A DNA stretch of 64,000 nt from an uncultured Lachnospiraceae bacterium (GTDB taxonomy: Bacteria; Bacillota; Clostridia; Lachnospirales; Lachnospiraceae), in the NCBI GenBank assembly GCA_946631295.1, contig CAMOZY010000004.1, forward strand, positions 2,316-66,315, in the 5' to 3' direction. Below, one piece after another: positions 18,542 to 28,143 of this stretch. Within the stretch, counting starts at the first letter, position 1; each line of letters starts with the position of its first letter. The notes under the pieces were generated by a model. That model was not told where the DNA came from and ran no database searches. It saw only the letters and a program-made list of their open reading frames with translations. The position numbers and the translations under genes were made by a program.

Positions 18542-19843
18542 TCAGATCTTTCTCTTATCAATGACACGAACCGCTTTTCCTTCGCTTCTTGCAATCGACT
18601 GAGGAGCAACAAGTGTAACCTTGGCCTTTATTCCGAGCATATTTACAAGGCCGCTCATCAGTTCATTCTGAGCCTTGGTGATATCCGAAACATTATCGGT
18701 GAACATTTCAGGAGTCATCTCTACCTGGATATCGAATGTATCGGTGTTGTTGACACGGTCAACAATGATCTGATAGTTAGCCTGATATCCATGCTCAAGA
18801 AGTACAGTTTCGATCTGTGAAGGGAATACATTGACCCCACGGATGATGAGCATATCATCGCTTCTTCCCATGGGCTTAGCCATTCTGATAAATGTTCTTC
18901 CGCAGCTGCACTTCTCCTTGGAAAGTCTGCAGATATCCTTGGTACGGTATCTCATCATGGGAAATGCTTTCTTGTCGATAGCCGTGAAAACAAGTTCACC
19001 CTGAGATCCGTCGGGAAGTACCTCAAGAGTATCGGGATCGATTATCTCTGCAATGAAATGATCTTCGTTGATATGCATTCCGTGCTGTTCACTGCACTCA
19101 TATGCAACACCGGGGCCGGAAAGTTCTGTAAGCCCATAGATATCATATGCTTTGATTCCGAGAGTGGCTTCGATGCTCTTTCTCATCTCCTCACTCCATG
19201 CCTCTGCTCCGAATATTCCCGCTTTTAGGGGGATGTCATCCGGACCGAGTCCCATCTCCTTCATGGATTCTCCAAGATATGCGGCATATGAAGGTGTGCA
19301 GCAGATAACAGACGCATTCAGATCCTGAATAAACATTATCTGACGCTCCGTATTACCCGAAGACATGGGAACAGTCATGCATCCGACCTTCTGGCTTCCG
19401 CCATGAACTCCCATACCTCCGGTAAAAAGACCATATCCGTATGAAACCTGCACTACATCTTCATTGGTAGCTCCTGCCGCAACAAGTGCTCTTGCACAAC
19501 AGGTTTCCCACATATCAAGATCTTCCTTGGAATAATAAGCAATAACTCTTTTTCCGGTGGTTCCTGATGTGGAATGGATCCTTACGACGTCCTTCTTAGG
19601 CACACCGAGAAGACCGTCAGGATATGTTTCTCTAAGGTCTGCCTTGGACATAAAGGGAAGCTTATGAAGATCTTCGATGGACTTGATGTCATCGGGAGTA
19701 ACTCCGGCCTTCTCCATTTTCTTACGGTAATAGGGAACATTATCCCATACATGCTTTACCTGCTCGATGAGCTTCTCATTCTGGATCTTGGTGATCTCTT
19801 CTCTGGAAGCGCATTCTATTTCCTGCTGAAAATACCTTTCCAT
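18542..19843 (-). CDS. paaK: Phenylacetate--CoA ligase family protein
   Basis: HSTSGTTG, YGYGLFTGG, YDIYGLTE, RYRTKD, GRSDDMLIIRGVNVFPSQIE. Confidence 0.92.
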   Translation of the reverse strand: MERYFQQEIECASREEITKIQNEKLIEQVKHVWDNVPYYRKKMEKAGVTPDDIKSIEDLHKLPFMSKADLRETYPDGLLGVPKKDVVRIHSTSGTTGKRVIAYYSKEDLDMWETCCARALVAAGATNEDVVQVSYGYGLFTGGMGVHGGSQKVGCMTVPMSSGNTERQIMFIQDLNASVICCTPSYAAYLGESMKEMGLGPDDIPLKAGIFGAEAWSEEMRKSIEATLGIKAYDIYGLTELSGPGVAYECSEQHGMHINEDHFIAEIIDPDTLEVLPDGSQGELVFTAIDKKAFPMMRYRTKDICRLSKEKCSCGRTFIRMAKPMGRSDDMLIIRGVNVFPSQIETVLLEHGYQANYQIIVDRVNNTDTFDIQVEMTPEMFTDNVSDITKAQNELMSGLVNMLGIKAKVTLVAPQSIARSEGKAVRVIDKRKI

Positions 19844-19882
19844 CTTTTACCCCCTATACGGATAATGGTTATATGATTCCTG

Positions 19883-20455
19883 TCACGCGTTCTTTCCGAG
19901 TTCAAATGCTTTCTTGTTCATTTCAAGGAACTTGGCGGGAACAATTGCTTCCATCGCTTTCATCCATGCCTCTTCAGGCATGTCAAAATAGTGTGAAAGG
20001 CGTCCCATAAGGACTATATTAACTGCCTTGGATGAACCTGCCTCCTCGGCAAGTGCAAGACAGTCAAGTGCATCAACCTTTGCTCCTGCAGCCTTCATCT
20101 TCTCTACAAGATCATCAGGATACTGCATGGCACCGGTGATGACGGGCATGGGATCTATCTGCTGGATGTTGGTAACTATCTGACCATCCTTCTTAAGGAA
20201 AGGAAGCCATCTTGCAGCTTCAAGAAGCTCAAATGATACGATAACATCTGCCTCTCCCTTATCGATAACGGGTGAATATACATGCTCTCCGTATCTAACA
20301 TAGGTAACAACACTTCCGCCTCTCTGGCTCATTCCGTGAACTTCCGAAACCTTAACATCATATCCTTCATCAAGCAGGAGACGTCCGAGCAGTTTACTTG
20401 CAAGGAGTGAACCCTGGCCTCCTACGCCTACGATCATTACATTCTTTGTACTCAT
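19883..20455 (-). CDS. iorB: Indolepyruvate:ferredoxin oxidoreductase beta subunit
   Basis: GVGGQG, SEVHGMSQRGGSV, AVNIVLMG; adjacent to iorA. Confidence 0.93.
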   Translation of the reverse strand: MSTKNVMIVGVGGQGSLLASKLLGRLLLDEGYDVKVSEVHGMSQRGGSVVTYVRYGEHVYSPVIDKGEADVIVSFELLEAARWLPFLKKDGQIVTNIQQIDPMPVITGAMQYPDDLVEKMKAAGAKVDALDCLALAEEAGSSKAVNIVLMGRLSHYFDMPEEAWMKAMEAIVPAKFLEMNKKAFELGKNA

Positions 20456-20457
20456 CT

Positions 20458-22236
20458 TCAATCCTCCTTCTGGCAGGATTCAAATGCTCCCACCGGGCAA
20501 AGCTGCTCACAGATTCCGCAACCGACGCACAGAGTATTGTCGATATGTGCTTTTCCGTCCTTCATGGAGATTGCGGGACATCCTATCTTCATGCAGGACT
20601 TGCAGCCTACACATTTATCCCTGTTAACACGAAGAGGAGGATTATGCTTTACATTCTTAAGCAGTGCGCAGGGTCTTCTTGAAATGATGACTGAAGGAGC
20701 CTTTACAGCAAGCTCTTCCTTAATAGCCTCATCACATGCCTTAAGATCATAAGGATCCACAACCCTTACACGCTCAAATCCCATCGAACGGCACAGAGCT
20801 TCAAGGTCGATCTTTCCTGCGGGATCTCCCTTGATGTTAAGTCCGGTTGTAGGATTCTGCTGGTGTCCTGTCATTCCGGTAATGGAATTGTCAAGAATGA
20901 TCACTGTTGAATCAGACTGGTTATAGGCAATATTTGCAAGACCTGTCATTCCTGAATGCATGAAGGTCGAATCGCCGATAACTGCAACAGTCTTTCCTGC
21001 ATTCTCGCCATCACTTGCTTTGTTAAATCCGTGTATCGCACTGACAGATGCGCCCATGCAAAGGGTCATATCCATTGCGGAAAGAGGTGCGACTGCTCCG
21101 AGAGTATAGCATCCGATATCACCAAGTACGGTGCACTTATTCTTGCTGAGAGTATAGAAAAGTCCTCTGTGAGGGCAGCCTGCACACATAACGGGAGGTC
21201 TGTTCGGAATGTCATCTGATACAGCTGTAACATCCTCGCCGCTGTACTCTTCTCCTGTAACAATGGGAGAAAGATATTTCTTAAGAAGATTCTGTGAAAA
21301 TTCGCCGCAGATGGGAAGTACATCCTTACCATAGACGTTAAGTCCGAGTGCTCTGCAGTGAGTCTCAATGATGGGATCAAGCTCTTCTGCAACGATAAGG
21401 GTATCAACCCTGGAGGCAAAATCCTTAATAAGATCAACAGGAAGAGGATTGACCATACCGAGCTTAAGTACGGATACGGTATTTCCGAATGCTTCCCTTA
21501 CATACTGATAGGTTGTGGAACAGGTGATGATACCTACATGCTTGCCCGAAGCAGATGCATCTCTCATCTCCACTCTGTTAAAAGAAGCCGTCTCTGCAAG
21601 TGTGCGGAGCTTTGCGGTTCTTTCCTCAACAAAAGGATGTCTTTTGATCGCATTTCCCGGCATCATGACATTCTTGGGAATGTTCTTTTCATAAGGCTTA
21701 CGCTCTATCCTGGCCCTTTCTCCAAGAGTTACAACCGACTGTGAATGTGCAACACGTGTACACATCTTAACAATGACAGGAGTGTCATATTCTTCGGAAA
21801 GATCATATGCAAGCTTAACAAAGGAAAGAGCTTCTTCTGAATCTGAAGGCTCAAGCATGGGAACCTTGGATGCGATCGCATGATGTCTTGAATCCTGCTC
21901 ATTCTGTGATGAATGCATTCCGGCATCATCGGCAACGCAGATAACGATACCTCCGTTTACACCTGTGTAGGACATGGTATAAAGAGGATCTGCAGCAACA
22001 TTAAGTCCTACATGCTTCATTCCGCAGTAGCTTCGTGCGCCCGCAAGTGATGCACCGAAAGCAGCCTCCATTGCCACCTTCTCATTGGGTGCCCACTCAC
22101 AATAGATCTCATCATACTTTACGGCCTCTTCCGTAACCTCGGTACTGGGCGTGCCGGGATAACTGGAAACAAAACTGCAGCCCGCTTCGTAAAGTCCACG
22201 CGCAAAAGCCTTATTTCCGAGCATTAACTCCTTCAT
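20458..22236 (-). CDS. iorA: Indolepyruvate:ferredoxin oxidoreductase alpha subunit; start likely 22236
   Basis: YPGTPSTE, NEKVA, MKHVGLNVAAD, CAGCPH, GDIGC, GDSTF, C-terminal 2x[4Fe-4S] motifs; SD AGGAGG. Confidence 0.95.
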   Translation of the reverse strand: MKELMLGNKAFARGLYEAGCSFVSSYPGTPSTEVTEEAVKYDEIYCEWAPNEKVAMEAAFGASLAGARSYCGMKHVGLNVAADPLYTMSYTGVNGGIVICVADDAGMHSSQNEQDSRHHAIASKVPMLEPSDSEEALSFVKLAYDLSEEYDTPVIVKMCTRVAHSQSVVTLGERARIERKPYEKNIPKNVMMPGNAIKRHPFVEERTAKLRTLAETASFNRVEMRDASASGKHVGIITCSTTYQYVREAFGNTVSVLKLGMVNPLPVDLIKDFASRVDTLIVAEELDPIIETHCRALGLNVYGKDVLPICGEFSQNLLKKYLSPIVTGEEYSGEDVTAVSDDIPNRPPVMCAGCPHRGLFYTLSKNKCTVLGDIGCYTLGAVAPLSAMDMTLCMGASVSAIHGFNKASDGENAGKTVAVIGDSTFMHSGMTGLANIAYNQSDSTVIILDNSITGMTGHQQNPTTGLNIKGDPAGKIDLEALCRSMGFERVRVVDPYDLKACDEAIKEELAVKAPSVIISRRPCALLKNVKHNPPLRVNRDKCVGCKSCMKIGCPAISMKDGKAHIDNTLCVGCGICEQLCPVGAFESCQKED

Positions 22237-22278
22237 TCTTACTTCTCCTCCTGCTGTTTTTTTACACAAACCTAAAAT

Positions 22279-22307
22279 ATTATAAACCTCAAAGGGTTAT
22301 AAGTAAC
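22279..22307 (-). promoter_or_regulatory. Probable iorA promoter overlapped by a TTATAA-N11-TTATAA inverted repeat
   Basis: TATAAT at 22284-22279; TTATAA at 22280-22285 and 22297-22302; weak -35. Confidence 0.4.
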
Positions 22308-22326
22308 TGTTCAAACTACGCATAGA

Positions 22327-24108
22327 TCAGGACTTTCTTTCAAACTGTGAGTAATAGATTTCTTCATAAACCTCACATCCTGCAAGAAGTTCATCATGAG
22401 TTCCCATTCCGGCTATCCGTCCGTCATCAAGAACGATTATCATATCAGCATTCATAACTGAGGATGCCCTCTGTGAAACGATGAATACTGTCGTGTCCTC
22501 TATCCTTGCTATCTCTTCCCTGATACTCTTTTCCGTAAGGAAGTCCAGCGCCGATGTCGAATCATCAAGTATCAGGATCTCAGGCTTTCTAACAAGTGCC
22601 CTTGCAATCGTAAGACGCTGCCTCTGGCCTCCGGAAAAGTTCTTTCCGTTTTGAAGGACCTCTGCATCAAGCCCGCCCTTTTCTGAAACAAAATCATAAG
22701 CCTGTGCTTTCTTAAGGCATTCGATCATCTCATCATCCGTGGCATTTCCGCCGCCTATCTGCATATTGCTGCGGATATTTCCCTTAAAAAGAACAGCCTT
22801 CTGGGGAACAACTCCGATCCTTTCACGAAGCTTAACCTTATCAGTACTAGATACGTCCTCCCCCATCACTATGACCTTACCGGAAGCTGCCTCATACATC
22901 CCCGGAATAAGATTGACGAGAGAACTCTTACCGGAACCTGTACCTCCGATAACACCGACAGTCATTCCCTTCCTTACGGAAAAAGAAATCCCGGTGAGTG
23001 CTTCTTCGGAACCAGATGAATACTTAAGCGAAACGTTATCAAAAACTATATATCCGTCTGCAGTCTTGGAAGCGGTTCCTCCGGTTACAGCTTTCTCTTC
23101 ACTCTGCTTTGTATCATCAATTGCTCTCTGAGGCTGTCCGTCTGCGCTTTCCGAATTACCATTACTGTTCTTACCATAAAGCACATCAGATACTCTCTGC
23201 GCAGAAGCAAGGGATTTGGTGATCGTAACGATCAGATTGGTAAGCTTAAGGAGCTCAACCAGTATCTGACTCATGTAATTAAGTATGGCAACTGCCTGAC
23301 CCTGTGATATCGCACCGATATTGACCCTGATCGCACCCTTGTAGATAAGGAACATCGTTGCCGCATTGACTATTATGAATGTCAGGGGATTCGTAAGAGC
23401 TGTAAAATTCGAGGACCTTATCTGTTCATTCTTAAGATGGTCATTCTTTTCAGTGAACGCCTTCTTTTCATCATCCTGAAGATTGAATGCCCTAATAACC
23501 CTGACACCTGTCAGATTCTCCCTGGACGAAAGCATAACCTTGTCAAGAAGCTTCTGAACACCTGAAAACATCGGAATGCTGAAACGTGTTATCCCGATAA
23601 CAACAAATGCAAGGATGGGAACACTAACGCAGAACACAAGTGCAGACGGAACATCGATCGTAAATGCCATTATCATTGCACCGAAAACAATGATGGGACT
23701 TCTGAGAAGAAGGCGCAGTGACATATTGATGCCGGTCTGTACCTGATTGATATCCGAGGTCATTCTTGTTATGAGTGTTGATGTACCGTTCTTATCAACC
23801 TCGGAAGCTTCCATCTGCATGATACGGGAAAAGAGGCTCTTTCTGAGCATTCCCGAAACACCAACTGCGGCTTTTGCCGCAAAATACTGCGCAGTGATGG
23901 CAACAATGAGTCCTGCAGCGGCAAGAAGAATAAGCACTCCGCCCTTCAAAAGTATGTAGCGTGTATCACCGCCCGCAATACCCTTATCGATTATATCCGC
24001 CATAACAAGAGGTACAAAGAGTTCGAAGCAGGCTTCGGTCAACTTAAAAAAAGGGGCAAAGAATGCCTCTTTTTTATAGTTTTTTAACCACGACAAAACC
24101 GTCTTCAT
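22327..24108 (-). CDS. ABC exporter half-transporter (TMD+NBD), degenerate-site subunit
   Basis: GGTGSGKSS, FSGGQRQRL, Walker B ILDDSTSALD (Asp for the catalytic Glu), SQR in place of the H-loop His. Confidence 0.93.
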   Translation of the reverse strand: MKTVLSWLKNYKKEAFFAPFFKLTEACFELFVPLVMADIIDKGIAGGDTRYILLKGGVLILLAAAGLIVAITAQYFAAKAAVGVSGMLRKSLFSRIMQMEASEVDKNGTSTLITRMTSDINQVQTGINMSLRLLLRSPIIVFGAMIMAFTIDVPSALVFCVSVPILAFVVIGITRFSIPMFSGVQKLLDKVMLSSRENLTGVRVIRAFNLQDDEKKAFTEKNDHLKNEQIRSSNFTALTNPLTFIIVNAATMFLIYKGAIRVNIGAISQGQAVAILNYMSQILVELLKLTNLIVTITKSLASAQRVSDVLYGKNSNGNSESADGQPQRAIDDTKQSEEKAVTGGTASKTADGYIVFDNVSLKYSSGSEEALTGISFSVRKGMTVGVIGGTGSGKSSLVNLIPGMYEAASGKVIVMGEDVSSTDKVKLRERIGVVPQKAVLFKGNIRSNMQIGGGNATDDEMIECLKKAQAYDFVSEKGGLDAEVLQNGKNFSGGQRQRLTIARALVRKPEILILDDSTSALDFLTEKSIREEIARIEDTTVFIVSQRASSVMNADMIIVLDDGRIAGMGTHDELLAGCEVYEEIYYSQFERKS

Positions 24109-24166
24109 AAGTACCTCTTAAAAGTAATATCATCCGAACGAACTGACTGTATTTCTTAAAATCCGA

Positions 24167-24868
24167 TCACGACAGCTTTTCACATACACAGAGCGCATAT
24201 CCTTCAGGAGAATAGTTCTCGCTCCACATATAGAATCTTGAAAGTCCCTTACTGATATCGGAAAAATCCCTCTGCATCGCGGGAACCAGTCCGCCACCTT
24301 CACACTTACCCCAGGCTTCCTTTCTTGCCCAGATCGTAAAGAAAAGATTGGGATCCTTGTGGATCAGATTTGCTTCCTTTTCGGTAAAAAACCTTTTTGC
24401 AATCTTCTCGGTATTAAGGCCTTTTCTCTGCTGTATGTCAATACCGATCTCATAATATGAAAGTGCCAGTACAACATATCGTCCCGAATGTGAGATGGAT
24501 ATGAACGGTATACCCAGCTCTCCTGCCGGTATCTTAAGTCCCGGCTCCAGATATGGCTTTCCGCTGTTTTCGATACTGTAGGCAAGCTTTATAACCTCAC
24601 CGTTTCTTTCCAGTATCCTTATTGCTTCCTCAGCAGTAAGTGCGATCGGAATACCCTTGGCAGCTCTTGAAACATCCTCAACATATCCTCTGGCTGCAAG
24701 CTGAAGCGCAAGCCCGACTCCGAGAGCAGAGCCCTGTGAAGAACTGTTCTTACACTGCTCAGCCTTGGAGCGCCTGTAGTCATCTATCAGCAGGCGGGCT
24801 CTGCCTGAAAGGGCCTCACCTGCTTTTTCATCCTGTAATTGTTCTACATCCAGAAGATATATTCTCAT
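24167..24868 (-). CDS. Sfp-type 4'-phosphopantetheinyl transferase
   Basis: GKPY, FISISHSG, IGIDIQ, WARKEAWGKC. Confidence 0.88.
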   Translation of the reverse strand: MRIYLLDVEQLQDEKAGEALSGRARLLIDDYRRSKAEQCKNSSSQGSALGVGLALQLAARGYVEDVSRAAKGIPIALTAEEAIRILERNGEVIKLAYSIENSGKPYLEPGLKIPAGELGIPFISISHSGRYVVLALSYYEIGIDIQQRKGLNTEKIAKRFFTEKEANLIHKDPNLFFTIWARKEAWGKCEGGGLVPAMQRDFSDISKGLSRFYMWSENYSPEGYALCVCEKLS

Positions 24869-24939
24869 AAGAGCGATTTATCCTGCAAAAGGCCTGTTCT
24901 CACCGATTAAAGCGGTGAACGAAGGAACCGTGCCACTGC

Positions 24940-26715
24940 TTACTCTTCAGCGGGAACGCACTTTAAATGGAGTTCATCCAGTTGCTTCTGTGATACTGCC
25001 GAAGGAGCATCCATCATGACATCCTGTGCATTCTTGTTCATAGGGAATGTAATAACTTCTCTGATGGATTCTTCGCCTGTAAGAAGCATTATCATTCTGT
25101 CCACTCCCGGTGCTGCTCCTGCGTGAGGAGGTGCTCCGTAGGTGAAGGCGTTGTACATTGCAGGGAACTTAGCCTTAACTTCAGCCTCTCCGAGACGTAC
25201 AAGTTCGAATGCCTTGACCATGATCTCGGGATCATGATTTCTTACCGCACCTGATGCGGACTCATAACCATTGATAACAAGGTCATACTGATTAGCCATT
25301 ATATCAAGAGGATCCATCTCTCCTCTTTCTGCTTTTTCAAGTGTCTCAAGTCCGCCTACAGGCATTGAGAAAGGATTGTGGCAGAACTCAAGCTCTCCGG
25401 ATTCCTCACCGATCTCATACATCGGGAAGTCTACGATCCAGCAGAATTGATACTGTTCCTTATCCATGTGCTCCGGACAAAGCACACCAAGCTTGGTACG
25501 GAGAACTCCTGCTGTCTTAAGAGCTGCTGCCTTAGGACCTGCAGCAAGTCCTACGAAGCATCCCTTTTCAAGATTCATCTTACTGATGACTTCATCCTTG
25601 ATGGGCTGAAGGAACTTTGCAATACCGCCTACGATCTCACCATTTTCATCTACTCTGAACCAGCAGGTTTTTCTTGCTGTCTGAACTTCAACGTCAGCGA
25701 CAAGCTGATCTATCTGCTTTCTTGTTGCATTAAATCCTGTTACAACTACAGCTTCGATGCACTGTCCCTTGAAAGGCTCAAAATTGATTCCGCCAAGAAC
25801 GTCGGTAACATCCGTAAGCTCAAGGTCAATTCTCAGATCAGGCTTATCAGAACCATATTTCTCCATAGCCTCTCTGAAAGGAATTCTCTTGAAAGGTGCG
25901 GGAGTTATACGGTCATAGATTCCGTATTTTTCGAAGACGGGAACAAGTACCTTCTCAAGCACTCCGAGAACATCGTCCTGAGTAGCAAATGCCATCTCCA
26001 TATCCATCTGATAGAACTCACCGGGAGTACGGTCACCACGGGCATCCTCGTCTCTGAAGCAAGGGGCGATCTGGAAATAACGGTCGAATCCCGAAGTCAT
26101 AAGGAGCTGCTTAAACTGCTGGGGTGCCTGAGGAAGTGCATAGAACTTTCCCGGATGTTTTCTTGCAGGTACAAGGTAATCTCTTGCGCCTTCGGGAGAT
26201 GATGCTGTGAGAATGGGCGTCGTGATCTCAAGGAATCCCTCTTCGATCATTGCTGCTCTGAGTGCAGCAACGACATTACATCTGAGGACTATATTCTTCT
26301 TGACCTCAGGATTTCTGAGATCAAGATATCTGTACTTAAGTCTTGTAGCTTCATCAGCTTCCTTTGATCTGTTTATCTCGAAAGGAAGCTCTGAATTTCT
26401 GTTCTTTCCGAGGATCTTAACATCTGAAGGAACAACCTCAATATCACCTGTAGGGATCTTGTCATTCTTATTGCTTCTGACCCTTACATTGCCGGTCACC
26501 TGAACAGTGGACTCCTTGGTTATGGCCTTAAACTTTGCGACCATTTCCTCACTCTCTGCAACAAGCTGGGTAGTTCCGTAAAAATCCCTCAGTATGATGA
26601 ATGAAAGATTTCCTCCTACCTCACGGACATTTTCCACCCATCCGCAGAGCGTTACTTCCTTTCCCTCATCACTGCTTCTGAGTTCTCCGCATGTATGTGT
26701 TCTGGACTGTATCAT
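24940..26715 (-). CDS. aspS: Aspartate--tRNA ligase
   Basis: RTHTCGELR, RLKYRYLDLR, ALPQAPQQFKQ, FRDEDAR, PPHAGAAPGVDR, FPMNK. Confidence 0.97.
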   Translation of the reverse strand: MIQSRTHTCGELRSSDEGKEVTLCGWVENVREVGGNLSFIILRDFYGTTQLVAESEEMVAKFKAITKESTVQVTGNVRVRSNKNDKIPTGDIEVVPSDVKILGKNRNSELPFEINRSKEADEATRLKYRYLDLRNPEVKKNIVLRCNVVAALRAAMIEEGFLEITTPILTASSPEGARDYLVPARKHPGKFYALPQAPQQFKQLLMTSGFDRYFQIAPCFRDEDARGDRTPGEFYQMDMEMAFATQDDVLGVLEKVLVPVFEKYGIYDRITPAPFKRIPFREAMEKYGSDKPDLRIDLELTDVTDVLGGINFEPFKGQCIEAVVVTGFNATRKQIDQLVADVEVQTARKTCWFRVDENGEIVGGIAKFLQPIKDEVISKMNLEKGCFVGLAAGPKAAALKTAGVLRTKLGVLCPEHMDKEQYQFCWIVDFPMYEIGEESGELEFCHNPFSMPVGGLETLEKAERGEMDPLDIMANQYDLVINGYESASGAVRNHDPEIMVKAFELVRLGEAEVKAKFPAMYNAFTYGAPPHAGAAPGVDRMIMLLTGEESIREVITFPMNKNAQDVMMDAPSAVSQKQLDELHLKCVPAEE

Positions 26716-27971
26716 TTCAGTGCCTCCTTATAGAAGTCTTCAAATTCTGTATATCCGGCTTTTTCAAGCTGTTCCTTCTGGAATTTCTTGTTCTTGTTCA
26801 TCCTTACGGTAAGGATCTTCTTACCTGTTTTTCTTTCTTCGTTTGCCTTGGCAAGTATCTCCTGAAGCCTGTCACCGGTAATTCCTTTTTCAATAAGATA
26901 TGCCTTGGCGCTTCCGCTTCCCGGAACCTTGAAGCCCCTTTCCATCAGGAGCATGATGATTCTTTCAAAGCCTATCGAGAATCCGCATGCGGGAACGCTC
27001 TGTCCGGTAAACTTTTCAACCATTCCATCATACCTTCCGCCACCGCCGCAGCTTCCGCCGTACTCAGGCATTGCAATCTCGAAGATGGTTCCGGTATAGT
27101 AGGACATTCCCCTTACAAGCGTAGGATCGAAAACCATCTTAAAATCTGCCGATTTTGAAGCATCAACGGAAGAGATTATGGTATCGAGATTATCGCTTAC
27201 TTCAACCGGAAGTGCATCGCCAAGCGTTTCCTTGATGCAGATAAGTGCTTCATCAGAAGTTGTTGCCTTATCAAGAAGTTCGGTGTACTTATCAACTACA
27301 GCTGCATCAAATCCGTTCTCAAGAAGCTCAGCCTTAACGCCGTCAATTCCGATCTTATCAAGCTTATCTATCGTGATGAAAACAGAATCATAATCCTTCT
27401 CTTCAAAACCTGCCCATCCGGCCATTGCCTTCAGCAGTCTTCTGTCATTGATCCTTATCTCAAACCCCTTAAAATCAAGCTTTCCGAGAGTTGAGGTTGT
27501 AGCAAGTATAAGCTCTATCTCCGCAAGATTATCGCTTTCGCCGAGTATATCGATATCACACTGCATGAACTGACGAAATCTTCCTCTCTGAGGCCTGTCA
27601 GCTCTCCATACATTTCCCATCTGTACTGCCTTGAAAGGTGCGGGAAGAACAGATGAATTGTTTGAATAATATCTTACAAGCGGAACAGTAAGATCATATC
27701 TGAGGCCGGAATCAACAAGATCATCCTGGGTCCTTGCAGTCTCAAGATTAAGCTTTTCACCTCTCTTAAGGATCCTGAAAATCAGCTTCTCATTATCTCC
27801 GCCTGACTTGGATGTCAGATTTTCTATAGTCTCAACGCAGGGAGTCTCAATCCTTGTAAAACCGTATCCTGCATATGTTTCACTTATAACTCTCTGGACA
27901 TATTCCCTTATCTCCATCTCCTCTGGAAGGATATCCTTCATTCCGGTAACGGGTTTTTTATTCAGTGCCAT
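26712..27971 (-). CDS. hisS: Histidine--tRNA ligase
   Basis: GMKDILP, LRYDLTVP, RGRFRQFMQCD, LVRGMSYYTG, GGGRYD, GFSIGFER; 4-nt overlap with aspS. Confidence 0.97.
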   Translation of the reverse strand: MALNKKPVTGMKDILPEEMEIREYVQRVISETYAGYGFTRIETPCVETIENLTSKSGGDNEKLIFRILKRGEKLNLETARTQDDLVDSGLRYDLTVPLVRYYSNNSSVLPAPFKAVQMGNVWRADRPQRGRFRQFMQCDIDILGESDNLAEIELILATTSTLGKLDFKGFEIRINDRRLLKAMAGWAGFEEKDYDSVFITIDKLDKIGIDGVKAELLENGFDAAVVDKYTELLDKATTSDEALICIKETLGDALPVEVSDNLDTIISSVDASKSADFKMVFDPTLVRGMSYYTGTIFEIAMPEYGGSCGGGGRYDGMVEKFTGQSVPACGFSIGFERIIMLLMERGFKVPGSGSAKAYLIEKGITGDRLQEILAKANEERKTGKKILTVRMNKNKKFQKEQLEKAGYTEFEDFYKEALK

Positions 27972-28095
27972 GATAACCTCTTTCGTATGTTCGATGCCCT
28001 TTTAAGGTCACCTGAAACATTATTTCTTTAATTTATTGTTTTAAACGTCAAAATCCATAGAATAATAGCACAAATACCGCATTCTTGCAACGAAA

Positions 28096-28134
28096 ACGGC
28101 CCCCTGCGGACAAATCATTTCCGCAGGAGGCCGT
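28096..28134. terminator. Intrinsic terminator after hemZ
   Basis: ACGGCC(C)CCTGCGGA...TCCGCAGG(A)GGCCGT stem; T-tract on the minus strand. Confidence 0.7.
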
Positions 28135-28143
28135 CATAAAAAA

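Noticed and set aside
25378-26202. 274-aa plus-strand ORF (and the similar 254-aa at 54860, 231-aa at 13611, 197-aa at 48277, 189-aa at 33095)
   Set aside because: Each lies antisense to a well-supported gene; expected from codon bias.
27972-28095. T-box leader upstream of hisS-aspS
   Set aside because: No T-box consensus is visible and the leader is short; only promoter-like AT-rich sequence.
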